Assembly: GCA_038257245.1 (NCBI GenBank)
Contig: JBBSJL010000003.1
Coordinates: forward strand, 2,074 to 66,073
From: Candidatus Saccharimonadales bacterium
Lineage (GTDB): Bacteria; Patescibacteriota; Saccharimonadia; Saccharimonadales; JACQNP01
Length of the DNA stretch: 64,000 nt
Reading direction: 5' to 3'
The position numbers were made by a program, and so were the translations under genes. This document shows, piece after piece, positions 30,284 through 39,518 of the stretch. The notes beneath the pieces were generated by a model. That model did no database searches, was not told the origin of the DNA, and was given only the letters and a program-made list of their open reading frames with translations. The first letter of the stretch is position 1, and each line of letters starts with the position of its first letter.

Positions 30284-31259
30284 AGCTTTTGAAGTAAAAA
30301 ATGCTGGTATAACTTTCCCAGGCGGCATCAAAGCCCTGACTGATGTGACTCTAAGTGCTGAAAAGGGATCAATTTTTGGTTTGCTTGGACCTAATGGCGC
30401 AGGTAAAACTACTCTGGTACGTATGCTAAGTACTTTACTAAAACCTGATACTGGATCACTAAAAGTCCTAGGATTAGATGTTGTTAGTGAAGCAGACGAA
30501 GTGCGTAAGATAATCGGTCTCGCAGGTCAGTATGCAGCAGTTGATGAGTTTCTAACAGGACGTGAAAACCTTTACATGGTTGGGCGACTTTATCATTTAT
30601 CACACAAAGAAGCTAAACAACGTGCTGACGAAATATTAGGCCAATTTGACCTAGAGGATGCCTCTAATCGTCCGGTAAAAACATATTCTGGAGGTATGCG
30701 TCGACGACTTGACCTTGGAGCAAGTCTTGTAGGTACCCCAAAAATATTATTTCTGGATGAACCAACAACCGGCCTTGATCCACGTACACGCTTAGATTTA
30801 TGGGAAGTAATACGTGGACTGTCTAAAAGCGGTACAAGTATATTGCTGACAACTCAATACTTGGAAGAAGCAGATGAACTTGCTGATAAAATCGCTGTTA
30901 TTGATCACGGCAAGTTGATAGCAGAAGGCACCAGCGCGCAACTTAAGGCAAAGTTGGGCGGTGACGTCGTAGAATTTCGTGTCGCCAACATAAAGGATGT
31001 CGACAAGTCCGTAAAAGCTATAGAGAGCATAGCTTCAAAGAAGCCAACTATTGAACAAACTACTCTAACCGTACCGGTAAAAGATGGACCAAACGGCTTA
31101 TTATCAATCGTTAGAGCTCTAGACAAAGCGAATATAAAATTATTGGCAATATCTTTACATCAACCATCACTTGACGACGTATTCTTAGAGCTTACTGGCG
31201 AACGAGCCAAAGATCAGAATTTGAAGAAGGCTAAAACCCGGGAGAAAGTTAATGTATAA
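30276..31259 (+). CDS. ABC transporter ATP-binding protein (DrrA/ABC-2 type)
   Basis: Walker A GPNGAGKTT, signature YSGGMRRR, and Walker B ILFLDEPTTGLD. GTG start; an ATG at 30300 is an alternative. Confidence 0.9.
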   Translation: MSKAFEVKNAGITFPGGIKALTDVTLSAEKGSIFGLLGPNGAGKTTLVRMLSTLLKPDTGSLKVLGLDVVSEADEVRKIIGLAGQYAAVDEFLTGRENLYMVGRLYHLSHKEAKQRADEILGQFDLEDASNRPVKTYSGGMRRRLDLGASLVGTPKILFLDEPTTGLDPRTRLDLWEVIRGLSKSGTSILLTTQYLEEADELADKIAVIDHGKLIAEGTSAQLKAKLGGDVVEFRVANIKDVDKSVKAIESIASKKPTIEQTTLTVPVKDGPNGLLSIVRALDKANIKLLAISLHQPSLDDVFLELTGERAKDQNLKKAKTREKVNV

Positions 31260-32010
31260 CACCATTACTGATACTTGGGCAATAACTAAACGAAACCTAA
31301 TTCGTTACGTACGATTGCCTCAATTATTGTTTTTCTCATCGATTCAGCCAGTTATATTTTTAACATTATTCAACTTTGTTTTTGGCGGAGCAATTACTCA
31401 AAACTCAGGAGTAGCATACATAAATTACCTATTGCCCGGTATTTTGATACAGACTACCTTATTTGGAGCACTAAATACGGGTATTGGTCTAGCAGAAGAT
31501 ATGAACAAAGGCATAATAGATAGATTTAGGAGTCTCCCAATGAGTAGGGCGGCCGTAATGGCAGGACGTACATTCTCTGATATGATTCGCAATATTGCTG
31601 TGATGTTAATAATGTTTACTGTTGGTTCTTTGTATGGCTTTAGATTACAAGGTGGAATTTGGGCCGGTTTGGCGATGTTTGGCGCTGCATTAGTTTTTAG
31701 TTTTTCTGTATCTTGGGCCTCTGCATATATGGGTATGACAGTTAAGGATTCTGAGACGGCTCAGCTGGCAGGCTTTGTATTTATATTTCCACTGACTTTT
31801 GCTAGCTCGGCGTTTGTGCCAGTTACTTATATGCCTAGTTGGCTTCAGGCGTTCGCTAATAATCAACCAGTAACACATGCAGTAAATGCTGCTAGAAGTT
31901 TTGCACTTGGCACACCAATGAACGGTGCAGCTTTTAGTCTCATGCTTTGGGTAATCGGGATTTTGGCAGTATTTGTCCCTCTATCCATCTGGCGTTACCG
32001 CAAAAGCTAG
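31252..32010 (+). CDS. ABC-2 type transporter permease
   Basis: Six helices, 252 aa, overlapping the ATPase gene. Confidence 0.85.
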   Translation: MYNTITDTWAITKRNLIRYVRLPQLLFFSSIQPVIFLTLFNFVFGGAITQNSGVAYINYLLPGILIQTTLFGALNTGIGLAEDMNKGIIDRFRSLPMSRAAVMAGRTFSDMIRNIAVMLIMFTVGSLYGFRLQGGIWAGLAMFGAALVFSFSVSWASAYMGMTVKDSETAQLAGFVFIFPLTFASSAFVPVTYMPSWLQAFANNQPVTHAVNAARSFALGTPMNGAAFSLMLWVIGILAVFVPLSIWRYRKS

Positions 32011-32104
32011 TTTAAAAGTACACTAGATATCTATATAAATCATAGTTGGAAAAGTTTGATAATAGGCCTATAGTTTTAAGTAAGAACTAATAAGGGGTGA
32101 ATCT

Positions 32105-34081
32105 ATGGTAGAGGATGAATCTAAAAAACTAGAAGACGATGATGAAATAATAATGATGTCAGATTTTGATGAGGATGCAGACGAAACTGAAGAAAATTCT
32201 GAAGAGTCTGACGGCGAAAATGTAGTAGAAGACGACGATGCCTCTACGGGTGAAGATACCGAAACAGACTCAGAGCCAGACGCTGAACAGGTGGCCCAAA
32301 AAGAAGTCACCGAAAAGACCGTAACTAAAGAGTCTAAAGAAAAGAAATCAAAAAAAGGTAAAAAAGATACCTCGAAAGATGATAAGCCTAAGGACTCAGA
32401 AATTGAAAAAGCCGCTAGCGATAAACCAGACGGTAAGCTCAAGAAGCTATGGCGCAAGATAGTAAACAACAAAAAACGTTCAATCCCAATAATAATCGCA
32501 CTATTACTATTGGTTGTGATCGCGTTACCCCAAACGCGCTACACAGTGCTGGGGTTCTTTATTAAGAAAAACGTCACCGTTCGGGTTGTCGATACCAAAA
32601 CCAACAAACCGGTCAGTGAATCCAATGTAGAAATTGCCGGTAAATCAGCAAAAACTGATGGCAATGGCGTGGCTACTGTAAACAGTGTGCTAGTAGGTAG
32701 AAACAAAGTGAAAATTGAAAAAACGCACTATAAAACTTATGAAGAAAACGTCTTAGTACCAATTACTAAAAAAGCAGATATTAATGTTTCGCTCGAATCA
32801 ACCGGGAGGCAAGTGCCAATTACAATTACCAACACAATTGACGGTAGTTTTGTAAAAGGCGCCGTAATAACATCTGGAGACAGTAGTGCATCAACAGATA
32901 ATAGAGGACAAACAACACTAGTATTGCCACCAAATAGCCAATCAGAAATGGCAACGATAAAAATTGACAACTATAATGATAAAGAAGTAAATGTTACGGT
33001 AACAGACTCTGAAGTTGATGAAAACAAGTTCACAATCACGCCGAAAGGAAGGGTTTATTTTCTATCTAAGCTCTCTGGGAAGTTAGACGTGGTTAGAACA
33101 AACTTAGACGGAAGCGATAGGCAAACTGTGCTAGCTGGTACGGGGAATGAAGATGATTTCGGCACTATGCTGGTTGGTTCACGTGATTGGCGATACCTGG
33201 CACTGAATGCTAAGAGGGATGATAAGAATAAGCTCTACCTAATTGATACTTCTGACGACAGTCTGTCTGTCATCGACGAAGGTGACGCTAGCTTTAGCCC
33301 AATGGGCTGGTATAACGAATACTTTGTATTTACCCTAGTTAGAAATAATGTTCAGTACTGGCAGTCAAAGAAGAGTGCACTGAAATCGTTCAGTGCCGAG
33401 TCAAAAAAATTGAGCACTTTAGACGAGACTCTCGGAGAGGGTAGTTCGGATATAGACTATGCGTCTGAACAGCTTTTCGATGCGGTGATTCTTAACAACG
33501 AAGTTCTCTATATAAAGACCTGGCAATCCGATTACTATTCTGGAGGTAAGATAATTGGGAAAAAGAACACGATCAACTCTATCAAACCAAATGGCAGCGA
33601 CCGTAAGGTTATTCGTGAGTTTGAGATTACTGACGGCAATCGAGCATTTATCGTGGCTAATAAACACAAACCCCAAGAAGTGTACTTTAGTGTTAACGAT
33701 GTGTCAGGAGATAGGTTCTATGTGTATGAAAACGGTAGATTGTCTGAGGATTCAAAACTTAGATTAGAAGACGTGCAAAGTCCATATCCCGTATATGCGA
33801 TTTCACCGTCAGGTGTAAAAACGTTGTGGTATGAAAACCGAGACGGAAAGAATGCAATACTAGTTGGGAACAGAGACGCTGACGACAGCCGACAGATTAT
33901 AGATAAATCTGAATACACAGTAATCGGTTGGTTTACCGATGAGTATATTCTGTTATCAAAAAACGGCAGCGAACTATACATTGCGTCACTAAGTGCGCCA
34001 GAAAATGTGTTAAAGATATCCGATTACCACCAGACTAGAAACAGTGACATTGGTGGTGGCTACAGCTACGTAGTCAAATAA
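32105..34081 (+). CDS. Large single-pass surface protein: acidic disordered N-terminus, TM helix, CarboxypepD_reg-like Ig domains, TolB/PD40-like beta-propeller
   Basis: D/E-rich residues 1-60 then a K-rich stretch. TM helix IPIIIALLLLVVIALP. VTVRVVDTKTNKPV...TDGNGVA domains. DGSDRQTVLAGTGNEDD propeller-type repeats. It is a paralogue of 34668-36962. Confidence 0.6.
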   Translation: MVEDESKKLEDDDEIIMMSDFDEDADETEENSEESDGENVVEDDDASTGEDTETDSEPDAEQVAQKEVTEKTVTKESKEKKSKKGKKDTSKDDKPKDSEIEKAASDKPDGKLKKLWRKIVNNKKRSIPIIIALLLLVVIALPQTRYTVLGFFIKKNVTVRVVDTKTNKPVSESNVEIAGKSAKTDGNGVATVNSVLVGRNKVKIEKTHYKTYEENVLVPITKKADINVSLESTGRQVPITITNTIDGSFVKGAVITSGDSSASTDNRGQTTLVLPPNSQSEMATIKIDNYNDKEVNVTVTDSEVDENKFTITPKGRVYFLSKLSGKLDVVRTNLDGSDRQTVLAGTGNEDDFGTMLVGSRDWRYLALNAKRDDKNKLYLIDTSDDSLSVIDEGDASFSPMGWYNEYFVFTLVRNNVQYWQSKKSALKSFSAESKKLSTLDETLGEGSSDIDYASEQLFDAVILNNEVLYIKTWQSDYYSGGKIIGKKNTINSIKPNGSDRKVIREFEITDGNRAFIVANKHKPQEVYFSVNDVSGDRFYVYENGRLSEDSKLRLEDVQSPYPVYAISPSGVKTLWYENRDGKNAILVGNRDADDSRQIIDKSEYTVIGWFTDEYILLSKNGSELYIASLSAPENVLKISDYHQTRNSDIGGGYSYVVK

Positions 34082-34161
34082 TACAGGTCAATATATTGGG
34101 GTCGTCAAGATACCGATTAGTCTATATAATTAAGTATAAGCTTTAATAAGTTTATATTCTT

Positions 34162-34668
34162 ATGCAAGAGTCATATCAATCACAAACAGGACAGGTGGCG
34201 CCACCCGCGCAAAACCCACAAAACAATTCACTGCAGCCGTATCAACAGCAGTCAGGTGAAGGTTTACAAACAAGCACCAACGATGTTCTGCAAGGGCAGT
34301 CAGGTGTTAGGTTAGTGTTGCCAGACGGTGAATCTTTTATTGCTCCAAGCGGCACGACTCAAGTCGGTTCGGCCCAAACAAACACTTCCTCGAATAACAT
34401 ACTAATGGTATTTCCTGCCATGTTAACAATTGCCGCGGTAGTTATCTTTGTATTTTTAATAAAATCTATATTGAAAAAGGAAGACAATTTGTCTGAACAA
34501 GAAACCACAGAACCGGATGATAGTATAAAACCTATCGTAGTGATTGATGCATCAGAGGAGAATATACCAGAAAAACCACTCGAATCTGATAGTATTAATG
34601 TACCGAGTAAAAAACCGACCAAGAAGTCCAAAAAACGCAAAAGTAAAAAGAAGAAATCAACTAAATAA
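34162..34668 (+). CDS. Small single-pass membrane protein with a Q-rich N-terminus and a lysine-rich C-terminus
   Basis: Q/P-rich residues 1-70, TM helix VFPAMLTIAAVVIFVFLI, then an acidic segment and a KKSKKRKSKKKK tail. 1-nt overlap with the next gene. Confidence 0.5.
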   Translation: MQESYQSQTGQVAPPAQNPQNNSLQPYQQQSGEGLQTSTNDVLQGQSGVRLVLPDGESFIAPSGTTQVGSAQTNTSSNNILMVFPAMLTIAAVVIFVFLIKSILKKEDNLSEQETTEPDDSIKPIVVIDASEENIPEKPLESDSINVPSKKPTKKSKKRKSKKKKSTK

Positions 34669-36962
34669 TGGGTAAAAAAAAGCAACCAGAAGAACGCAGA
34701 CCAGACCTTAGCATCCCTGATCAAGAGGTGCTGGAGGAGAAGGTTGCAGCCATGCTAGAAATAGATGCAAAACCCCCAAAAACCCCCAAGGTTGAAGATA
34801 AAGATCCAAAGACAGAGGTTAAAGCTCCAGAAGACCCTAAGCAATCAGAGCAACCAGAAGAAACACCAGCTAGTACCGACGAACCTGTAGAAGAGATAAT
34901 TACGTCCGCTCCAGAATTGCCTTCAGACGAAAAGTCCCCAGAATCTGAGGAAGATCCAGAAGATCCAGAAGAGCTAGAAAAACTAGAAGACGGTGATGAC
35001 GACGAAGTCGACGTAGAAGAAATCGAAGACCCAGAAGACCCAGAAGAAAAAATATTAGATCTGGATTCAGCACCTAAAGAAGCGGCGATTGTTGGCGAAA
35101 TCGAAGACGAAAAAGCTAATCCTAAAGAAGAGCCAGACGTTGAACCCGAAAAAGAGGTTGAACTAGACGAGCCACTTTTAGAAGACGAGGGAGCTCCTGA
35201 ACCCGGCACATCCGACAAGACCAAAAAAACCGAACCGGTTAAATCAAAGCTGGATAGTGTCATCGAAGATACTAAAACTGGTCGTGCCGTAGAAGACATC
35301 ATTGCAAAAGATGCAGACGAAATCCTCGAAATCGAAGACGAAAAAGTTAAAAAACAATCTACCAAAGATACTAAAAAGCCGCTGGGCAAAAAAATTACTG
35401 GATTTTTCAAGGCATGGTGGAATAATCCAAAAGCCAGATGGTCTACGATAATTATTTTGCTTACACTAATTATCGCAGTACTAGCTATCCCAACTAGCAG
35501 ATATTATTTGCTCAACACAGTCGGAGTACGTGCCAAGGCCTCTATTGTAATTGTTGATGAGAGTACGGGTCAGCCACTAAAAAACGTACAAGTTGCCATT
35601 GGAGAAGTTAGCACAAAGACCGATACCCAGGGTAATGCCAATCTTGAAGAAGTAAAGCTAGGGGCACAAATATTATTGGTTCAAAAGCGAGCGTTTGCAG
35701 AGTCAAAACAGCAGACAACTATCACGTTCGGTAATAATAAACTGCAAAAACAAAGTCTTAAGCCGACGGGAGTGCAATATTCATTTGTCGTTCGTGATTA
35801 TTTGAGTGACAAACCGGTTGAAAATGTAGAAGCAATTAGTGGCGAGGCCAGTGCCTTGTCAGATAGCAACGGCAAAATAAAGCTCACAGTTGATGATACC
35901 CAAAATTTGGATAAGTTTGATGTTAGTTTCGTAAAAGAGTTCTTTCGCGAGGACAAAATAAGTATAGATACGACCAATAAAATAGAACAAACAGTATATG
36001 TTGTGCCCGCTCGTAAGCATGTTTTTGTTTCCAACAGAACCGGCAAATATGATGTTTACTCAGTTGATATCGATGGAGCTAATGAAAAACAGTTACTAGC
36101 CGGGACGGGTAACGAGAGAGATGATGTTTACCTTGCAATACATCCTGGATCAAGTGTCGCTTCATTTGTTTCAACGCGTACTGGCGACACAAACGAAGAC
36201 GGATTTAAACTAAGCACCCTTACTATTATTGATGCTCAGTCAGGGAGCAATACAGAAGTTACTAGTTCTGAGAGGATTCAGGTAATTGGCTGGATCGGCG
36301 ATAATTTGGTTTTTGTTCAGGCTACTTCTGGAGCTAGTGCTGACAAACCAGACCGACATAAGTTATTTTCATATAACTACAAATCTCAAAAGTCCACAGA
36401 GATTGCAAAGAGTAACTACTTTAATGACGTAGTAATAGCTAATGATATGATATATTTTGCACCATCTGGTGCACTACAGCCAGAAGAAGCCAAATTGTAC
36501 ATGGCTAAAGCCGAAGGCGGAGAAAAAACAGAAGTTGCGCCCCAAGAGGTCTACAAGATTTTCAGAGCAGATTATGACAACTTAATTCTATCTGCAAACC
36601 AAAGCTGGCTGAATTTGCGTATTGGAGAACAAAAAGCGACCTCGACTAGTGCTCAACCAACCAACCCAAAATCTCGAACATATATTGATAGCAAAGATAA
36701 TAAAAACAGTCTTTGGGTGGATAATCGTGATGGCAAAGGCGTGCTAATCAGTTATGAGCCAGAATCACGTAATGAACTGACACTTAAGAGCGAGAATGGT
36801 CTAAGCTACCCTGTGTATTGGTTAAGCAATAGAACAATAATCTACAGAGTTACAAATCAACAACAAACCGCAGATTATATCATTAGTTTAGATGGTGGTG
36901 AACCTAAGAAAATTACTGACGTAACCAACGCAGACGCTGTAGACGGCTGGTATTATTATTAA
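34668..36962 (+). CDS. Large single-pass surface protein, paralogue of 32105-34081
   Basis: A ~250-aa E/D/P/K-rich disordered N-terminus. TM helix WSTIIILLTLIIAVLAIP. ASIVIVDESTGQPL...TDTQGNA domains. DGANEKQLLAGTGNERDD propeller repeats. Confidence 0.6.
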   Translation: MGKKKQPEERRPDLSIPDQEVLEEKVAAMLEIDAKPPKTPKVEDKDPKTEVKAPEDPKQSEQPEETPASTDEPVEEIITSAPELPSDEKSPESEEDPEDPEELEKLEDGDDDEVDVEEIEDPEDPEEKILDLDSAPKEAAIVGEIEDEKANPKEEPDVEPEKEVELDEPLLEDEGAPEPGTSDKTKKTEPVKSKLDSVIEDTKTGRAVEDIIAKDADEILEIEDEKVKKQSTKDTKKPLGKKITGFFKAWWNNPKARWSTIIILLTLIIAVLAIPTSRYYLLNTVGVRAKASIVIVDESTGQPLKNVQVAIGEVSTKTDTQGNANLEEVKLGAQILLVQKRAFAESKQQTTITFGNNKLQKQSLKPTGVQYSFVVRDYLSDKPVENVEAISGEASALSDSNGKIKLTVDDTQNLDKFDVSFVKEFFREDKISIDTTNKIEQTVYVVPARKHVFVSNRTGKYDVYSVDIDGANEKQLLAGTGNERDDVYLAIHPGSSVASFVSTRTGDTNEDGFKLSTLTIIDAQSGSNTEVTSSERIQVIGWIGDNLVFVQATSGASADKPDRHKLFSYNYKSQKSTEIAKSNYFNDVVIANDMIYFAPSGALQPEEAKLYMAKAEGGEKTEVAPQEVYKIFRADYDNLILSANQSWLNLRIGEQKATSTSAQPTNPKSRTYIDSKDNKNSLWVDNRDGKGVLISYEPESRNELTLKSENGLSYPVYWLSNRTIIYRVTNQQQTADYIISLDGGEPKKITDVTNADAVDGWYYY

Positions 36963-36966
36963 AGAC

Positions 36967-37191
36967 ATGTGGAAAGAAGAAAACAGCGTAATTACTAGGG
37001 AGTTCAACTTCGATGATTTTAAATCTGCTCTAGAATTTGTTAACAAAGTTGGGGCAATTGCCGAGAAGGCCAATCACCATCCTGACATTGAACTGGGTTG
37101 GGGGAGAGTTAAGGTTAGCTTATCTACACATAGCGAGGGCAAAGTAACAAATAAAGACAGAAGTCTTGCTAGCGAAATCGATAACTTATGA
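36967..37191 (+). CDS. Pterin-4-alpha-carbinolamine dehydratase (PCD/DCoH) family
   Basis: F.F.DF..A..F...V...AE..NHHPD......V.V.L.TH pattern (ANHHPDIELGWGRVKVSLSTH). Confidence 0.8.
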   Translation: MWKEENSVITREFNFDDFKSALEFVNKVGAIAEKANHHPDIELGWGRVKVSLSTHSEGKVTNKDRSLASEIDNL

Positions 37192-37412
37192 AAAAGACGT
37201 CAAATAAATGGTTTAAAAAGGTCAGATGGAGCTACTTACCGATAAGTTGGCAAGGTTGGTTAATTCACGCGATATTTTTAGTGTTTCTTCTAACCGTTTT
37301 GCAGGCGGCAATTCGTGGTGAGCACTCGGTAAGTGATGTATTTTATGTAATTTTCCCACAATGGGTATCTGCAGCGGTTGTAATGACATGGCTGGCGAGC
37401 AATAAGTCATAA
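37188..37412 (+). CDS. Small two-helix membrane protein
   Basis: ATGA coupling to the PCD gene and two hydrophobic helices. Confidence 0.5.
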   Translation: MKKTSNKWFKKVRWSYLPISWQGWLIHAIFLVFLLTVLQAAIRGEHSVSDVFYVIFPQWVSAAVVMTWLASNKS

Positions 37413-37469
37413 GCAAGAAGTATTGATTACAACAAGCTTATGGTAAAATAAGTTCCAAGGAGAGTAAAC

Positions 37470-38165
37470 ATGAAAAGAATTATTGGGCTGGTATTGGTAG
37501 CATTCTTAGTTTTATCATTTGTACCTAGTATTAAAACGTTCGCAAATGAAGAATCGACAGATACTACAACTACCGAAAACACGAATAGCGAAGATGTTAC
37601 GAAAAACGAATACGAATTAGCTGACAAAAATGCAACAGACTACATGGCTAAACTAGAGGAAAGGATTGCCGCAAGAAAAAGTGCCCAAACGGCGAAGCTT
37701 ACTACGGCAAAACAGAATCGAATTAAAACACGATGTAAGGCGGGGCAAGATTTAGTTAATAAAGTTTCCGAGACAGCCTCAGAGACTAAAACCAATAGAT
37801 ATGCAATTTACGATAAAGTTATAGGCCATGCCACAAAACTTAGCGACCGCTTAAAAGAAAACGATCAAGATACTATAAAACTAGACGAGAGCATTACCGA
37901 ACTAACAGCCTTGGTAGATCAATTCAAGAAAGATTTATTAGACTTGCGACAAACAGGACAAGACATAGTAGCTATGGACTGTGCGGCTGATCCAAGTGGG
38001 TTCGCAGCATCACTAGAATCACTAAGAACAGCCAGGAACGCGTTGGTTACTAATTCCGAGGCCATTAGGGCCTACGTCAAAGATTCTCTGAAACCTGTAC
38101 TGCAGGATATTAGAACCAGTATAGGTGAAGCTAAGAAAGAGGAGACAAAAGATGGATCCCAATAA
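37470..38165 (+). CDS. Secreted alpha-helical protein with two conserved Cys (module 1, gene a)
   Basis: AAGGAGAG SD and a signal peptide ending FA-NE. Coiled-coil-like composition. It is a paralogue of 38913-39518. Confidence 0.6.
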   Translation: MKRIIGLVLVAFLVLSFVPSIKTFANEESTDTTTTENTNSEDVTKNEYELADKNATDYMAKLEERIAARKSAQTAKLTTAKQNRIKTRCKAGQDLVNKVSETASETKTNRYAIYDKVIGHATKLSDRLKENDQDTIKLDESITELTALVDQFKKDLLDLRQTGQDIVAMDCAADPSGFAASLESLRTARNALVTNSEAIRAYVKDSLKPVLQDIRTSIGEAKKEETKDGSQ

Positions 38166-38910
38166 AGAATCAGTGGATAGCCCAACTCCAAACCAAGAAG
38201 ATTCTGGCCCAACACAGATTGTTATAAATAGCGAAGACGGTAGCATAGAAACAAAATCAATGTCTGGCAGTACAGAAGCAGCGAGGGCTGATATGGGTAA
38301 CAGTGATAGTCCTTCTACTGATGAAACTACTGTACCGACACCGGAACAAGAAAAAGCGCCCGAACCCAGTCCTAGTGATGATAATATGGCTGAAACAACA
38401 GAAGGAACAGAGTCTTCTTCAAACACTTCAGAGGTGGATGAGCCTATAAATGACTCACCAGAAGCTCAAGAAGTACCAGTAGACGAAACAACCAGTGATA
38501 GTGATTCAACAACAGATCAGGCAGAAACCGAAATTCCTGCATCTACTCCATCAGAACCAAATGTTGAGGAAGCAACACCAACCGTAGGTAACGAAAATAA
38601 CCCGATGGCTATTCCGCCGCAACCCCCAAAAAAGGCGGGAGCACCTAAAGTAGCAGTCGCGGTGGCAGTCATAATTGCAATCTCGCTAATGGTGGTTACA
38701 GTGTTTGCGTTTCTAATGTCACAAAAGTCAGACACTAACAACGCCACTACGAGTGAGGTTACTCAACCAGAACAACCTGCTCCAGAGCCCGTAACAGGTG
38801 CAGAAATAGACAAAATAGCTGATGAAATTGATACAGAAATTGATAAAACAACAGAGGATAAAGACATCCCATCGACTGATAGTGTAAGTGATCAAGGATT
38901 AAATCTATAA
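38152..38910 (+). CDS. Single-pass membrane protein with a disordered N-terminus (module 1, gene b)
   Basis: The start was moved to the ATG at 38152 (MDPNKE..), matching MDPNNQ.. of its paralogue at 39519. TM helix VAVAVAVIIAISLMVVTVFAFLM and an acidic C-terminal tail. Confidence 0.55.
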   Translation: MDPNKESVDSPTPNQEDSGPTQIVINSEDGSIETKSMSGSTEAARADMGNSDSPSTDETTVPTPEQEKAPEPSPSDDNMAETTEGTESSSNTSEVDEPINDSPEAQEVPVDETTSDSDSTTDQAETEIPASTPSEPNVEEATPTVGNENNPMAIPPQPPKKAGAPKVAVAVAVIIAISLMVVTVFAFLMSQKSDTNNATTSEVTQPEQPAPEPVTGAEIDKIADEIDTEIDKTTEDKDIPSTDSVSDQGLNL

Positions 38911-38912
38911 AT

Positions 38913-39518
38913 ATGATAAATATTTTTAAAAAAATACCAGTACTAATATTTCTGAGCATCTTAGCATTCCCAACAATAGTGAGTGCTCTACCGGCTAATC
39001 CTCCGAATGGAAGCACTTTAGAACAACGGGCAAAGCTACGTACAGACGAACAGAGAGTTAAATTAACAGAAAAAGAGATAACCAGATACAAAACCCGTTG
39101 TATAAAAACTCAGAACACTGTTAGAGAGATTCAGAATAAACTAGCCCCAATAATCACCAAAAGACAATTGGTTTACAAAAAAGTCGATGCAAAACTGTGG
39201 ATTACTATTGGTCAGCTCAAACTTGCTGGTAAAGATACTTTTACATTGGAAGCAGAGCGGGCTGAATTTGCAAAGAGGGTAGACGTATACAATAATATTC
39301 TCAATCAGTACAACCAGACTTTGGATGATATTGTGGTAATGAACTGCGAAGCAGACTTGAATGCATTTATAGCAAGGGTTAAGACAGCACGTGAATATCA
39401 CCAAGCCTTGAGGACACAGTCAGAAGATATCAAAACTCACATAGTCGACAACGTTAAAAGTACATTGTCAGATTTTGCAACTTCCTTGCAACCAAAAGCA
39501 TCAACGGAGAAAGAATAA
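38913..39518 (+). CDS. Secreted alpha-helical protein with two conserved Cys (module 2, gene a)
   Basis: Signal peptide ...VSALPA. RYKTRC and VVMNCEADLNAF align with RIKTRC and VAMDCAADPSGF of the 37470 protein. Confidence 0.6.
   Translation: MINIFKKIPVLIFLSILAFPTIVSALPANPPNGSTLEQRAKLRTDEQRVKLTEKEITRYKTRCIKTQNTVREIQNKLAPIITKRQLVYKKVDAKLWITIGQLKLAGKDTFTLEAERAEFAKRVDVYNNILNQYNQTLDDIVVMNCEADLNAFIARVKTAREYHQALRTQSEDIKTHIVDNVKSTLSDFATSLQPKASTEKE

Noticed and set aside
440-31878. Many 60-160-aa antisense or nested track ORFs inside well-supported genes. Examples are 440-661, 2998-3393, 4332-4541, 5950-6189, 6204-6539, 8383-8835, 9551-10021, 11492-11812, 12832-13334, 14824-15312, 15915-16388, 19569-20159, 23137-24028, 27520-27879 and 31690-31878.
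   Set aside because: Each lies entirely within, or mostly opposite, a longer ORF with clear family motifs. They have no start-site signals and show odd composition.
32068-35410. Long minus-strand ORFs with Ser-rich translations (32068-32472 and 34721-35410) opposite the surface-protein genes.
   Set aside because: They mirror the GAA/GAT-rich acidic codon runs of the + strand genes (reverse complement gives TTC/ATC/TCx). The + strand ORFs continue into well-structured TM, Ig and propeller domains, so the minus-strand ORFs are shadow ORFs.
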